Source: Octopus vulgaris
Lineage: Eukaryota
NCBI GenBank assembly: GCA_951406725.2
Contig: OX597818.1
Span: 69,254,001 to 69,318,000 of the forward strand
Direction of reading: 5' to 3'
Length of the DNA stretch: 64,000 nt
Part shown: piece after piece, positions 22,560 to 36,967 of the stretch
Layout of the letters: each line of letters opens with the position of its first letter
How positions within the stretch are numbered: position 1 is the first letter of the stretch
Made by a program: the position numbers and the translations under genes
Notes under the pieces: model-generated
What the model was told of the DNA's origin: nothing
What the model saw: only the letters and a program-made list of their open reading frames with translations
Databases searched by the model: none

Positions 22560-25500
22560 TATAATATATCTTATTTCCATTATAATCACCATTATTAGCA
22601 TGAAAATTTCCAAGAAGTACAATGGATGAACTGTCTTTGAGATGTTATATTGAACATTTGAACACAAGTGAGACATTCTGAATAAAGATGTCATTTAATA
22701 TTATTGACAGTTGTGTCTTTGTTTAAATATTCTTCGATTTTGAACCAAAAAGGAATTCATTACAACATAATTAATTTCCATGATGCCATTGTTAATTAGA
22801 CATAGAATTGCAAGGAATTTTTATCTTTGACTGAACTTGCCTCAAAGGCTTTTTACCTTCACAAATTCTAAGCAGAATTTCCACAAATTATTTTTCCACT
22901 GTTGCCCCCTACCATTTGAATGCACATATTTCTAATGAATCAAGATTTGAAGTTCTTCCCAAAGTGAAGAAATCTTGAATTACTCATTAATAATTTCTGC
23001 ATGAAATCCATGTCATGCAACCGGAAGAATTTGGTGCCAGTCATTAGAAAACACCATTATAATTCTACCTACAGGTCTGTCATTTTTGCAATTATCACGA
23101 ATATATAGTTAATTGCTTCTGATATCTTCCTGTTAACCATAGTCTCTTCATCTATAACAAATTTGTTCAGTTAATTACTTAACTAATTACACCTGTTGGT
23201 GACATATTGCAATTTGTGAGTCCACTAATCTTTAAAGCCACTTTAGATCAAGAATATACTGTTTCATCATAACTTGGATGTATTCCAGCATTTCCTGATG
23301 TTGCTGTCATATGAAGTGACCTTGTATTTTTTATTTTGCTCTGGCAAATATTGATATCAATGAGCTTATGTTGCTTCTTTCCAGAGTATTGAGTCAGATG
23401 AACGGTCCATGGTTGATGTGACATTTTCAAAAATATTTTGGTGCATCTGTAGTCAGAGAATTCACATAAGACACAGTTATCTGTTTCAGCATTTATGCAC
23501 TGATGGAATCCCTTTCCAGAAGACTTGTAGCAGTGATTTGAAACCGAATCGCTAGGTACCCTAGCAAACATCACGATCAAACCACAGTAGTCTCACTTGA
23601 TCAGTCTATTAAAGAACCTGTCAGCATCAAGTCATTGTGTAATTCAATTTTCTAGAATTTTTTCCGTGTACTCTATAAAAAGCAGCTTTTTGGTGGTAAT
23701 AATTGAATGTTGATGCAGCCACATCTTCTGTTTCAATTCTCATTCCACATCCATCTGGTTAAAACAGATGGCAGAGAGTAGACAGGAATTTTTGTTGCCA
23801 TGAATACAGAGCAGTTATTTTCCAGTTGTGATGGGTCAGCCACAGATTACTGTATCAGTTAACTTGTATATCCCAAGCCATATGTCTCTCCTGGTGTATA
23901 ATAGGCTGATGTTAGTATTTGTACAAAGCCAACACAGAAAACACAATGCCTACTAATAAAATTTATTGTTTTCAGGTGTTGTTAGTTATTTCTTCACACA
24001 GCCTGAGAAATATACTTTTATTTACCAGCAACAACAGTAGCTCTCATGACTATCACCATGACAACCACACTCGCAACAGATCCACAAGCAGTTCTACAAT
24101 AACATTATTAAGTCCATTGTCACTTTTAAGCACTCCCATCATTTTGTAAGCCTTTTGGAAAATAGATGACAGTTATTTTGATAGATAAGGGATTAAGTTT
24201 GCAAAGTACGGAACAAGTAAGATAAAAATCTGTTTCAAAAGCGAAGCCATTTCACTCCTTATATTCTGTCATTCCATAAAACATTGGCTCCAAATTTGGG
24301 CACAAACCCAGTAATTTCAGGAGATGGGGGTCGTAAGTCAATTACATCAGCCCCAGTAATCAACTGGTACTTATTTCATTGACCCCAGAAGGAATGAAAG
24401 GCAAAGTTGGCCTCAGTAGAATTTGAACTCAGAATGTGAAGACAGACAAAATGTCACTAAGCATTTGCCCAGCATTCTAACGATTCTGGTAGCTCCCTGT
24501 CTTCATTCCATAGAACATTAGGAACTTTGTCAGCCCTTCTACTTTGTCTGGATGCATCTTCATTTAAGGTATTTTACAACGTATCTCATTGGTGCTGGTT
24601 TATATTAAAGTAGTTTAACGCACAGCAGTTTAATGGACAGGAGCTTTCTTGTTTAGTAGGGATGGGCCTGGCATGGATTCAAATTAATATCAGGAATTCA
24701 ACTGCCATTAGTGCATCTCTAAATCTGTTTCTTTCAATTGCTTTGAATCTTCTCCCCACCAAACTTACTGGACCATCTGTGATGCCAGAAGATATCTGTG
24801 TAATACTTATTCTTATTCACTCTTGCAACAATCACATTAACTTCAAAGAATAAACCTTGATTTCATGATTTATAAACCATGGCTGGATGTGTTATTTGCT
24901 TCATTAAGCTTAAAAAGAGCAAATTCTCCGTTGTTTAGATATAGTAGAAACTTTTGAACTGGAGGGCATCCCTTTCATATGGCAAACTCACCAATAAGAC
25001 CCCAACCCCTACTAAATGTCAAATGTATTGATATACCATGCATTGTCAAATATCTAAATCTTATCCCTGATCTAGTTTCTGCCATGGATTTGATCCATCA
25101 TCTCACTGTCCAGCCCCTGTGGCCGCCTTGACCACAAGATTACTGTCTCATGCTTCATACTAAATACTGGGTCATTTGGTGTGGAATGGTTTTAACATTT
25201 TCTCCTTGAAACTCATCTTTTTTTTGCAGAATGCCGGATCTTCAACCGTATTCTTCAGCTCAGCATTTGTAAGTTGGGTGGGAATTTTCAGTCATGACAT
25301 TTTGATATGAGAATTGTTTACAATTTGTTTCTTCACCAGATATACACAGATTAATGAGATTAACATATTCATAAGACTCATGGATCAGGTTCTTTTTAAC
25401 TGGATCAAACAACAATGGATTTTGTTCCGCATCGGGAATCTTAGTGCAAATAAATCAATCATTATAAGATAATTCTTTAGGTTTCTCTTCTGAGATTAAA

Positions 25501-25830
25501 AGATTCTAAGTACGTAGCAATCCTCTTTTTCTGCTCCTCTTTTATACATGTAGAAGTGATTACTTTCCTTAGATAATCCTTTTGAAGCAAATGAAGAAGG
25601 AATTATTCCAGCTTTTGAAGAATCAATCTTACAATAATATTTGGTTGATAGTTGAACTTTTCTTCTAGAATAATTCACAATCACTTTCCAATTTGGATTT
25701 GTTGTAATGAACATGTCCAACTTGCCGTAGCATCTAATCATCCTTATGGAATCTTAAAATGGTTTTGCTTGCCATCTTGGTGATCCAATATAACTACACT
25801 TACTGGTATTAAAATTGTGTTTCCTGCAAT
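22560..25830 (-). mobile_element. Decayed Helitron Rep/Pif1-helicase relic, interrupted by a Nin SINE at about 24285-24505
   Basis: Rep motifs: SYIGSPRWQ, YGKLDMFITTNPNW, IPDAEQNPLLFDPVKKNLIH. Helicase motifs: TATSGNAG (ASSGIAA), IDEETM, DRPVGRIIMVFSNDWHQILPV (FGG..GDFRQILPV), SSLW. All are in the expected order. Confidence 0.85.
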
Positions 25831-25869
25831 GAAAAGGGCTGAGATCTTTGCATTTGTCAGCCCTTTCTG

Positions 25870-26950
25870 ATGGGTGTAAGGTTGACACGATTAAGGTTCT
25901 GCATAAACGGCTGCAAGTCAAAGAGTGCAGGAAAGACACGAGTAGGAAGGATCCAGAAGATTTGGCATACTGGGGTGGAAGGACTGGGTGTAATATTTAA
26001 TGCAGGCTTGGACACATCATGGATGAGAGGAGGGGGAGGAGGAGGAGCGAGTTGCTATGCCTGAGTAGAACTGACACAATACCAACCAGCTTCAAGAAAC
26101 AAATGACTATTATAGTAGAGGTAGGAGAGACAGAAGGAGGACACAACATGAATGTGGGGCAGAGTCAGTTTGGAGCATGTTTGTAAGTGAATATGTTCTA
26201 GGATATCTCTGAGGTGCAAAAACACCATCAAAGAGTAAGAGTAACATTCCCTCGTGGGCCTCATCGAAACTGTGTAGAATGTCAATAACTGGAAGGGATT
26301 GAAGTGCCTCCACATTCAGGAAAAGAGGAGAAGTCTTTGGAATATGGTATTGGCTGCATCAAAGATGTGCTTTCCCATGGAAAGATCCTCAGTGATGGGG
26401 AAAATAGAGGTGGTCATGTGATGCTTTAGTTGTTGAGACATGGAGGAAAAGAGAATTCTACGAAATTGGTGGAGGTTCTTTGGCAAAGAATCAGAAAGAC
26501 TTTTGCAGTTTTGGAAGAAAGAAGAGATCTTTTGGGATTACACAAAAGCATCTTCTGTAATGCGTCTTAGAAACGAAAGTTACTTTACTGGGTAAACATC
26601 ATCCAGGTTTGGGGAGAAAAGGAATTTCTCCAGACATTGTTGGCCTTGCTTTCCCCCCTCTAAAAGAATACAGTGAATTTCCAGGTGAACCAGTTTAGAA
26701 CACTTGAAGCAGTGAATTTTTGTTTTGTTGGATGAGTGATAATTAAGTTTGTCCTTCTTGTGGTGGTTTCTGAAGGATCACAAGAGAAGCAGCAGAACTG
26801 CTGTGGAATTGGTACAAAACTGGTGGCACCTCAGTCAGTCAACTGTAAATGGATGAAGATTGGGAATGAATGTGAGTTGGGTGGTTGTGATGGGGCAAAG
26901 ATCCTGTGTCTCAATAAAGACAGAAGCAATTTTGGTTTGGGATATTGCAT
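25870..26950 (-). pseudogene. Jockey/CR1-group LINE ORF2 3' fragment
   Basis: FNPFQLLTFYTVSMRPTRECYS...LPHIHVVSSFCLSYLYYN resembles the LYK..IRP.MEY..L.HRR.V.SL.LFY.YY C-terminus. WILPTRVFP lies near the end. Confidence 0.65.
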
Positions 26951-27337
26951 TTTATGATGAGAAAGATACCTGGAATGATATCAGTCTGAGTAGCAGACGA
27001 AGTAGCTGAGAGTAACAAACGAATTTGCATGTACATTGGTGTAAGTTGAGAGAGAGAGAGAGAGAGAAAGAGAAAGAAAGAGCAAGAAAGAGAATGAGAG
27101 ATGAGGAATTAAATGTGGAGCTTTAAAAACATAATTTAAGCAGAAAGCCAGCAACTTTGAAGACATAAGATTAAACAATTAAGCTGACTTTGGTACTTGA
27201 CTGATAGTGTATTTTATCAACGCCAGAGGGCTGACTTTGATGGGATTTGAACTCAGAATGTAAAAAAGCCTGAGCAACTACTGCATTTTGTCTAATGCTC
27301 TAGCATTTCTCAAAAGACTATGTTTTTTCTTTACTAT

Positions 27338-27372
<35 letters not shown>

Positions 27373-27377
27373 TAGTT

Positions 27378-27410
<33 letters not shown>

Positions 27411-27460
27411 AAGAAGAAGGAGGGGGAGGAGAAGGAGGAGAAGAAGAAGAAGAAGATCGG
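27338..27460. repeat. Compound trinucleotide microsatellite (AGC)(AGT)(AAG)
   Basis: Seen directly. Confidence 0.9.
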
Positions 27461-28327
27461 TTGGCCAAGAAAGAGAAAGTGGTGTTGATGGGAGAGGGCA
27501 GAGGTGGTGATATGCCAGTCATTGACAGAGAGGTCATTAGGTACAACTTCTCTAAAGGTCTGGGTTGAGTAAGAATTGTTGTTGCTTTCGTTGTCACAGT
27601 TGCTGCTGTTGCTGTTGTTGTTGTTGCTGTTCTTGAATTCCAGCTGAAGAAAAATATTAAATGAAATAATATTTCTTGCCCTTCCAGCCGACCTATGTCC
27701 AGACATTCTTTCTTGCTGTCTACACTAGAAAATCTCATTTTATTGCTCTTTCCAACAACTTCATTATTCTTTTACCATTTCTAATATCTGCTGTGTCTCC
27801 TGATTCCTATTATTTTTAGTATTTTTTTTTCTTTGGCCATTTGTTTTGTTCTTTGAATGTATTAACATTTTTTCCCAGGTTTGTATCTGGGAAGGGTGGA
27901 TCTGTTTGCTGCCGTATTGTTAGCATTGTGATGGTCATCTCTTCTTATTCCTCCCCACAACTGCTACACTTTATATTTCTAGTGAATCTCTCCAATTTGA
28001 AAATTTAGAAATGTCCTGGAATTAACAAATTTTCTTGTAATCCAAGGTAATCAAGATGAATTCTGCAAAGTGCCAAAGTCTTCTCACCAGTAAAACATTT
28101 CAAAAATAACTTTTCTGCTCAATTCCAGTTTTGAAATAATTTGATAAAAGGTAAAAACAAAAGTGGAATTCCTTCTTTGTGAGACTATTTCATAGTAACA
28201 GCAACACAGGTGAATAACATTAATTTATTGGAAAATGGGGTGCAATTAAGTGTGGTTGCTTCAAGAGACCGAGTTGAGCAGAAGAAAAGGGGCAAGGCCG
28301 AGTATAAGAGGATTCATCTGTTTTCTA

Positions 28328-29553
28328 CAAGGCTGGGCTGAGAAGTTCATCAGTTGACTATGAAGAAATGATGTTACAGCTGTGAAAACTTGCATGCATT
28401 AATTCCAGCTCCTCTTATTGATAAATGCATTGTTTCGTTTTTAGGAAAACTGACATCTGAATCTTCAAAGAAGATTTCAAATGTAATTAGTAGCAACTAC
28501 TCTTGAAAATGGACAGAATTTGGCATTGTGGCATTATCCCGTGCCTGCAGTAAAACGGTTTAAACCCCGTGCTTGTTACATTGCTTTATCAACAGTGCAA
28601 AAGTAGGGAGCTGAATTTAAGAGGGGAACAGAGAGTCTTGAAGATAACCCTAGGTCTGGACAACCTGCAACTGCCACCACTGAGGAAAGCATTGATCATA
28701 TTTGCCACGTGGTGATGGATGATAAGTGATTGACTATCAATCAAATAACCAATGGTATTAATATATCCTGTGAGAGAGTTGAGAATGTTCTGTACAATGA
28801 ACTTTGCATGACAAAGGTATTTGTTTGGTGATTGCCATGTCTTGTGGTACCTGACCGAAATCACACCATCAAGCTGATCACATCATGGGAAAAGCCTGGC
28901 ATTGTTTGAGGCAGATTCGCTTAGTTTCCTGACCCAGGGTGAGTAGTAGTTTCATCACTTCGAGTTAGAGACAAAGAGACAATCCATGCAGTCAAAACAC
29001 CTCACCAGCTCCAAAGAAAGCCAAGGTCGTTTCACCTGCAGGGAAGTTCATGGCTTCTGTATTTTGGACTGCAAACAGCATTGTGTTTACTGTGTTTCTT
29101 CAAAAAGGCCACACCATCAGCAGAGAGTACTTTGCCAATTTGCTGAGCTAGTTGCAAAAAGCTACAAAGACCTAACGGCCAGGAAAACTAACAAAAGAGA
29201 TCTTGTTTCATCAGGGCAATGCTCCAACACACAAGTCCTTTATTTCAATGGCTGCTGCAATGACTGTGGCTTTGAAGAGAGGTTGATTACCCTCCATATT
29301 CGTCTGATTTGGCCCCCATCTGACTCTCATCTGTTCCCCAGGAACCAATATTGCAGCAATTATGACATCATAACTGTTGTTGATGACTTTTTTGAGCAAC
29401 AGAAAGATTCTTCAGTATCAGAATGCAAGCACTGCAACACCAATGAAAGAAGTGTGTGGACCACAAAGGGGACTATGTGTAACAGTAAACCCTATTTGGT
29501 GACACTCCATGAGAGCATCTTGGTCAGCTGATGAACTTTTCAGCCAACCCTCA
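28328..29553 (+). mobile_element. Near full-length decayed mariner transposon, irritans/mellifera-like
   Basis: TIRs ggctgggctgagaagttcatcagttgac and gtcagctgatgaacttttcagccaaccc. Frameshifted motifs GKFMASVFW, FHQGNAPTH and PPYSSDLAPSDSHLFP. Confidence 0.88.
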
Positions 29554-29701
29554 CAAGAACAGAATTTAGATATAAGACACCAGATCATCACCATCATAGT
29601 CTTCTTTCCAGTTACTCTCACCTGCTCCGATATAATATGAATTAGCCTAGCATCTTTTCTATAGCATCACCCCTCTTCTTGTCCCCTAGTTATACTACGG
29701 A

Positions 29702-29949
29702 CCTATGGTTCTCAACCATTCTTTACTAATGGAACCCCTTCGATTTCCCCTTCATTCTTCTGAACCCTCATAACCGTTCCATGTTTAAAAATTCTTTGAT
29801 ACATTTATAATTAATTATTAGGAAAGGAATTAAAAATTGTTAAAAATATTTTGTTGAAACATAAGCAAATTTTTTGCTTAGAAATTTTAACAACAAAATC
29901 TTTATCTAAACCCACCAAATGTCATATGGACGCTGGTTGAGAACCGTTA
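29702..29949. mobile_element. hAT-Charlie-type MITE
   Basis: Ends tggttctcaacc...ggttgagaacc. Same family as 49678-50051. Confidence 0.65.
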
Positions 29950-30249
29950 TTTTAAAGGGTCAACCTCTAGCATAAAGCCACCTCTTTCCATACAACAAGC
30001 CCCATTCAGTTGTGGGATCCTGTCTTGCTGACCCTTCACTGGTGCCAAAAATCTCGGTCAGAATGAATTTTATATTTCAGACTTGTTTTTGTCTGGAAAA
30101 AGATTTGGTCTGAGAATCTATATTGAAAGTAAAATGATTAGAGTGGAGAAAGCTATTAGACACTTAAAACACACACAAAAACTGTTTACTTCAATTAATC
30201 ATTTATCATTTGTTGTCAAAATTTTCCTCACACTTTCTGCAACCTGGCC

Positions 30250-31800
30250 ACCGACAGAATTCCATTTATATATTATGCAAAAGTGAAATTTTTTGTTTGT
30301 TTGGTAATAAAACTATTTTAAAGAGTTTTGGAACATTTTCTTCATTTTAGAATATTGACAAATATAATCATAGGTGTTATTAAGAACAACCTTTCATGGA
30401 TAAGCTAATAGAGCAGTCAAAATGTTGATAGATGAGAGCAATGGAAATTAAATCATGCTTCTTTTTATCTTTTTTTCTTTCCTGGTCAGACTGACAGAGA
30501 CACACAGACTGACAGAGACACACAGACGTAAAACCAATTTATATACTTTCAAATTTTAGTTCAATAAAAAAGATGTTATTCTTATCAGTTATTAACTATG
30601 GTACTAATTCTGTTCTTCCAAGACTTCTCAAAGACAGTTTTAAGTGCATTCGTTCTTCAATATTCTTTCACATTCACAACATTTTCTGCTCAATTCTTCT
30701 TCTCTGCAATGATATCCTGTTATTGCAGTCGTATTAATTCCTTCAACAAAACATGAACAAAATATTGAGTTGTCGTAATTTGAACAATGAAAATTAACAA
30801 TGACTTTTTTTGTGTGGGTGGTCAGTGAAATATTACAAAATAGAAGAGAAATCCTGTTTATATGTCAAAGAATAACTAGAAGCAAAACAAATACTATATA
30901 TGTATATACATGTGTGTGTGCGTGTGTGTGCCTTCGTGCATGTATAAAACAGAGTTTGTGTGTGTCTGTGTGTGGTGCGTATATTCTTTATGGATTCAAA
31001 AATTGAGTTACCAATTTTGACATATGAGGTAACAAAAGGTTCAAATAATCTTTCAGTAACCAAATGAAGTATATTTTTTGCATAGCAGCTTCTTTTTACT
31101 ATGAAAATAACATCAAAAACGAGGTTGAGTCATAAAATGTTGAGGTCATTTTGAGGCAATATTTGGATTTTCTTCTAATCTATGCTGCCAATTTTAATGC
31201 TTTTGGTGTAAAAAAATGTAGTAATGTACAGGAAGTGTTAAGGGTGTATTTGTGATGCACAAAACCCTTTCTGTCAATGGAAAAATGACCAAAAAGCATG
31301 CTTTTTTGAAATACATGCTTTTATTTATTGGACCGTTTTCTGTCAGTTAAGGCCTTTGTGCCAAAACTAAACTGCCCGTGGGAACGTCTTTAGTATTCTG
31401 TGATTAAACAATGTGTTTGAAGCATAAGGATATGATTTCTTTGCATAATGCCCTATTTTACAACAGAAAATTGACTAATGAACCATGTTTCTGGCCTAAT
31501 TGTGATCATTTCTGGCATTATTACCAAAAGCAAATTGTCCATGTAGATTTTCTTGGTAGCAAACGACTCAGGAATGCCAAAGGAGCATTCTCAGGTTTAA
31601 ATTCAATAAAATTTACTCAAGGATCAAGCATTTTGTAAGAGCCTATATTCAGTCAAGTGTGGGAAAGACGTGAAGCAATTACTTATTTGCCCTTAGCATT
31701 TTTCTCTTTATTCAAACCAATTTATGCAAAGTTGTTTATCTTTATTTGTATATATTCTTCCCTATTATTCATTCCATAATCCACAAAGTTCATAAGGATT
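30250..31800 (-). pseudogene. Possible ancient hAT transposase relic
   Basis: Weak, frameshifted segments resembling C.AH.LNL.V, RWNSTY and S.ERLF, in hAT order. Confidence 0.3.
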
Positions 31801-32950
31801 TTGCTACAGTCACCTTGTTTTTCACAGTGGCTGAGCGTGTACTAGAACGCTGGTGGTGCGATGGGAGACAAATGTCTGACCTGATAACTCAGTGAAGACA
31901 ACAATAACACCACGCATTTATACGAGGGCAAATTAAGGTCACATACACCCATGAGTCCACCCGCTGTGTGGGTCGCTTCATTGGTTGAGATGCACACCAT
32001 GTTCACTAACTGCTACAATTTCTAATCAATTTTTTTTCTTATCAGAGAGATTTACTGCAAAACCGGTTGGTTGTGGTGTTATCGATGACCCTGGCAAGGC
32101 TGGAGTGCCTTTTGTGTTGTGTGAACATTCTGCTTGGACTTGAAAATTGAGAATATATACACATACGTAATACAATGTGGCTGTAGGTCATAACACCTGG
32201 GCAACACCTGGGTGCACTGCTTGTGTGTATGTATATATACATATATATAAATATATATTATGCATATATGTATGTATATATATATATACATATATATGAT
32301 ATCTCACATTTCTTCACCCTCTTTCTTTAATTCCCACTATTTCCTACTCGTTTATCTCCCCTGCATCTTTCCCTTTGTCTCTGATTGTTTTCTAATCCTT
32401 CAATCCCGCTGTCCCCTACTCATTTCTCCTCTTTCCCCGTGACTAGTGTCCGGCCAGCCATGATCTTTCTTTCTTGGCCTGACAGCCGACCATCAACACG
32501 TCTTGTGTCCCTCTCCCATGTTCCTGCCTTTAGGCTTTCTCTTCATACACACCAGCTCAATTTGAATCGTTCTCAGTCGAAAGATGCTTGTTATTATTTC
32601 TTCTTGTTTGTATTCGTAATTGTGTACCATATTCTCCGTTATTTTGTTTGTTTGCTTGAATTTTTTTGTCTTCGATGCCATACACATTCGCTAGCTTTCT
32701 TACAAAGTGGTCTAATGCTCTTAGCTTAGACTTTTTTGGGACAACCAGATCGAACCATCTCAAGGGTAACTGTCCGAAATGGTCGTGACTTCTGGTACTT
32801 GACTGAAGAAAGAAAGCTAAAAATGAACCATCTATTTTTGCCTGTCCTTCTAATTGCTGCTTCTCTTGTCCACCTTTGTTTCATCTGTCTGAACGTTTTA
32901 ATGCCCTCTATTGCATTTTTGTTCCATTTTTATATTTTTCTATATATATA

Positions 32951-33361
32951 GGTGCAGGAGTGGCTGTGTGGTAAGTAGCTTGCTAACCAACCACATGGTT
33001 CCGGGTTCAGTCCCACTGCGTGGCATCTTGGGCAAGTGTCTTCTGCTATAGCCCCGGGCCGACCAATGCCTTGTGAGTGGATTTGGTAGACGGAAACTGA
33101 AAGAAGCCTGTCGTATATATGTATATATATATGTATATGTGTGTGTGTGTGTTTGTATGTCTGTGTTTGTTCCCCTAGCATTGCTTGACAACCGATGCTG
33201 GTGTGTTTACGTCCCTGTCACTTAGCGGTTCGGCAAAAGAGACCGATAGAATAAGTACTGGGCTTACAAAGAATAAGTCCCGGGGTTGATTTGCTCGACT
33301 AAAGGCGGTGCTCCAGCATGGCCGCAGTCAAATGACTGAAACAAGTAAAAGAGTAAAAGAG
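32951..33361 (+). mobile_element. Young full-length tRNA-derived SINE, family A
   Basis: Head ggtgcaggagtggctgtgtggtaagtagcttgct...ccgggttcagtccc has A/B-box-like motifs. The tail is aaacaagtaaaagagtaaaagag, and the element sits in (TA)n. Confidence 0.9.
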
Positions 33362-34036
33362 ATATATATATAATCACCTACATATACACACCGTTGTGTG
33401 TATATGTGTGTTGGTGTGTACCAGACCCCATTTGTTAGTATATTTTCAGGTCCTGCTAGGTGAGCCCTTGAGCTGGGTCTCAGTCAGCAGCCCTCATCAT
33501 CATGACATACCTCTTCCTTCGTTGTGACCATGTGGTATGTGGTCGACCAATACCACATCCTCAGTGAAGAGAAGTTGGTAAGCAAGTTCTGACTTGGAAA
33601 AATCAAGCAACATGGCTAAATACTCTGAGCTAGCACTATTGATTCATATAAGTGAGAGGAAATGTACTAGTTTCAGAGTAGAGTCAATGGAAGGGCCAGC
33701 TGGAGTGGGGAGCGAATGAAGTTAGCAGAGTAATCTCCAGCTAAAAGAGAGCTCAATGTTATAAACGGTGCAGGAGATATATAATTTATAGTTTCAGCTT
33801 GGTCAGAATGTTTTAATGTCTTCTTTTCCAGGGTAAATAGGAACTGAAAAACTGGTTGTTTTATAAGTAAACGATTATATGTGTATGTGTGTATGTGTGA
33901 GTCTGTGTGTGTTTATGTGTGTGAGCGTGAATGGATGTGCATGCACAAATATGTATGCGTGACATACACAGAAACATGAAAAATGCAATTTCTGTAACAT
34001 AGAAATAAATAATCTACCAAGCAGCACAAAGACTAA

Positions 34037-34038
<2 letters not shown>

Positions 34039-34087
<49 letters not shown>

Positions 34088-34129
34088 TTAGCATGTGAGA
34101 GTATATCTATCTATCCAACCTAATATATG

Positions 34130-34208
<79 letters not shown>

Positions 34209-34320
34209 CATATATATATATACACATATATATATACACACACACACAAACATATATATATATATATAAATGCATATATAAGTATGTGTGTGTGTGTATG
34301 TACATGCATATATGTCTGTG
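34039..34320. repeat. (TA)n/(CA)n microsatellites
   Basis: Seen directly. Confidence 0.95.
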
Positions 34321-35569
34321 TACTCTTATTGTTCCGCCCATTCAATCTCTTTCTCTGCGACCATCTTCTTCTTCTTCTCCCTCTTTGTCTCCAGATCTTC
34401 AATAATGGAAAAGCATTAGTTTCACTTTCTGATTATTCAAAAGGATTTTCTTTCTTTCTCTTTTAATTTTTTTTGTCTTCAGCCTTTCTTTCATTTTTCT
34501 CTCTCCCTTCCAATTGCTCGCTCTCCGATGGAGGGAAGCTGGGAGGAGAAGTAGGGAAAGAAAAGAATGTGACACCCCCCCTCTTTATTAGGCAGTCATA
34601 AACAAGACAGGTGACAAGTCTATAAGATCAAACAGAATAAACACAAATATAGAAAGCAAGAAACAGGAATCTAACACATTATTGCTCTTCTTTCACACAT
34701 ATCTGCACATTCATGTTAGTGTGTATGTGTGTGCATGTGTGTGCGTGTGAGTGTGTGTGAGCGTGCATGTGTGTGTATGGTTGTGTGTTCATAATTTTTC
34801 ATATCTGTACACGTGGAACACACTGTCTTTTATTTATCTCAATGCTTCTGTGGATATTACAGACCTTTCTGATTCAATTCATATATTTTTTCTTAGGACA
34901 TACACATAGCCTTCACACTAATTTGGGACTACACACACACACACACACTCATATATGCTTCTATGAGATGCTTTCCCAAAATGTATACTGTAATATTATA
35001 CAGGCAGTTCTTAAAATATATCCATGTTAAGGAGGATACAAAAGTTGTTATTTGGTACTAATACTGCTTCTGTTGCCTATAACTAATGCATATATTTATA
35101 AATACTGCTTCAACACACATACCCATATATGTATATACATGTATATATATATCATTCATATATATATATCTTCTTTTATTCTTTTACTTGTTTCTGTCAT
35201 TTGACTGCAGCCATGCTGGTGCATGACCTTTAGTTCAACAAATCGACCCCAGGACTTATTCTTTGTAAGCCAAGTAATTGTTCTATCAGTTTTTTTTGCT
35301 GAACCGCTAGGTTATAGGGATGTAAACACACCAACATCAGTTGCCAAGTGATGGTAGGGGGACAAACACAGACACACTAATACCTACATATATATATATA
35401 TATATATGCCTGGCCTCTTTCAGTTGCTATCTACCAAATCCTCTCACAAGGCTTTAGTCAGCCCAAGGATATAGTAGAAGGCACTTGCCCAAGGTACCAC
35501 GCAGTGGAACTGAACCCATAACCATGTGGTTGGGAACCAAGCTTCTTACCAAACAGCCACTCCTGCACC

Positions 35570-35603
<34 letters not shown>

Positions 35604-35705
35604 TATAATGATGATGATAATTATATATATATATGTATAAACACACACACACAACACAGATTGTCAAATAGTGGTTAAGAGACAAACACAGACACAAAGA
35701 CACAA

Positions 35706-35738
<33 letters not shown>

Positions 35739-36009
35739 CAAAGGGCTTCCTTCAGTTTCCATTTACCAAATCCACTCACAAGGCCTAGGTCAGGCTAAGG
35801 TTATAGTAGAAGACACCCATGGTGCCACACAGTAAAACTGAACCAGGAATCACATGGTTGGAAAGTGAACTTCTAACCACACAGCCATTCCTGCACCTAT
35901 ACAACTCACGAAAGTATTTCTTTTTTTTTTCTTTTTGGTAGTAGCTGAACGAGTAAAGAAAAATTGCCATGATGTAACTGATTATTGCGTAACTATTTAA
36001 AGAGCTCGG

Positions 36010-36740
36010 CAGAACTTCAGTGCCTCTTCATGACCGTCTGATACACCTGGGCTGTTCAGGTATTATACATATCATGGAAGGGAAACCGAATTTAGCACTC
36101 ATCTCCCTGCAGCTAATACAGCAACTGGCTGAGACAGTATTCATAAATGTAATCATCAAATATATATCAGACATTACAATTGCTGCCTCCTCCGTCACTC
36201 AGAAGACTTGTTCACTTTGTCTTTCGTCATCATCCTCGTGTCTTCCCCTTTCATTCTTCTCATTGTCAAGCCAGCATCAATTCGGATACTCTTCAGACTT
36301 TCAGTTGTTTATCAAAAGTTCCTTCACTTATCTTCTTCGCTCTCCAAACATTATCATTCACCGAGAGACACTGATCTCCTTTAGACCACTTTTCTTCATT
36401 AATTTATTTCAAGTGATCAAAACCAGCAAAACCAGCTGACAATTCTCTCACAGTTTTAAACATGGAACGGCAAAAGCTGTTAGATTTGACAACAGTGCAA
36501 GAACGGCACTTAGTAGGACTGCTGGAAACAATAACAACATACATTCGATTTCGCTTTCAAACATATTTGATTAACACACACACACACACACACATTCTTC
36601 TTTTCTTCTCATGTTTGGCTGAAAGTGTGTTGGTTGAAACCAGAAAGCAGCCAAATTTGTTTTTTCTGCAAGTTATGTGATTTCTTGGTCAATGACTCTA
36701 CATTTCCTTCTCTCCCATGGCCATCACGTTGATAGGGCCC
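36010..36740 (-). pseudogene. Decayed RTE-like LINE 3' fragment
   Basis: Basic RMKRGRHED-type C-terminal segment and an RTE-like end (..tcatgaagaggcactga). Heavily degenerate. Confidence 0.45.
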
Positions 36741-36769
36741 ATGTGGTATTAGCGTCCTTACCTTTTTAC

Positions 36770-36967
36770 ATTATCTTGCATTTGACGGTTATTTATCTTC
36801 ATTTTGTTTGTTGTTAACACAATGTTTCGGCTGATATACTCTCCAGCCTTCATCAGTTGTCTTGGGGAAATTTTTAACCTGGATTCTCATTCCTAAGGTA
36901 TTTTTCAATGTTGTTATTATCATTATTATTACTTTTATTGTTGTTGTTGTTATTATTATTATTATTC
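36770..36967 (-). mobile_element. 3' half of the hammerhead-bearing SINE (hammerhead motif at 36816-36861)
   Basis: Matches 20860-21000. Confidence 0.8.

Noticed and set aside
32735-32805. ggaca..tgtcc-GAAA hairpin resembling half a hammerhead in a possible PLE LTR-like region
   Set aside because: No CUGANGA box upstream.
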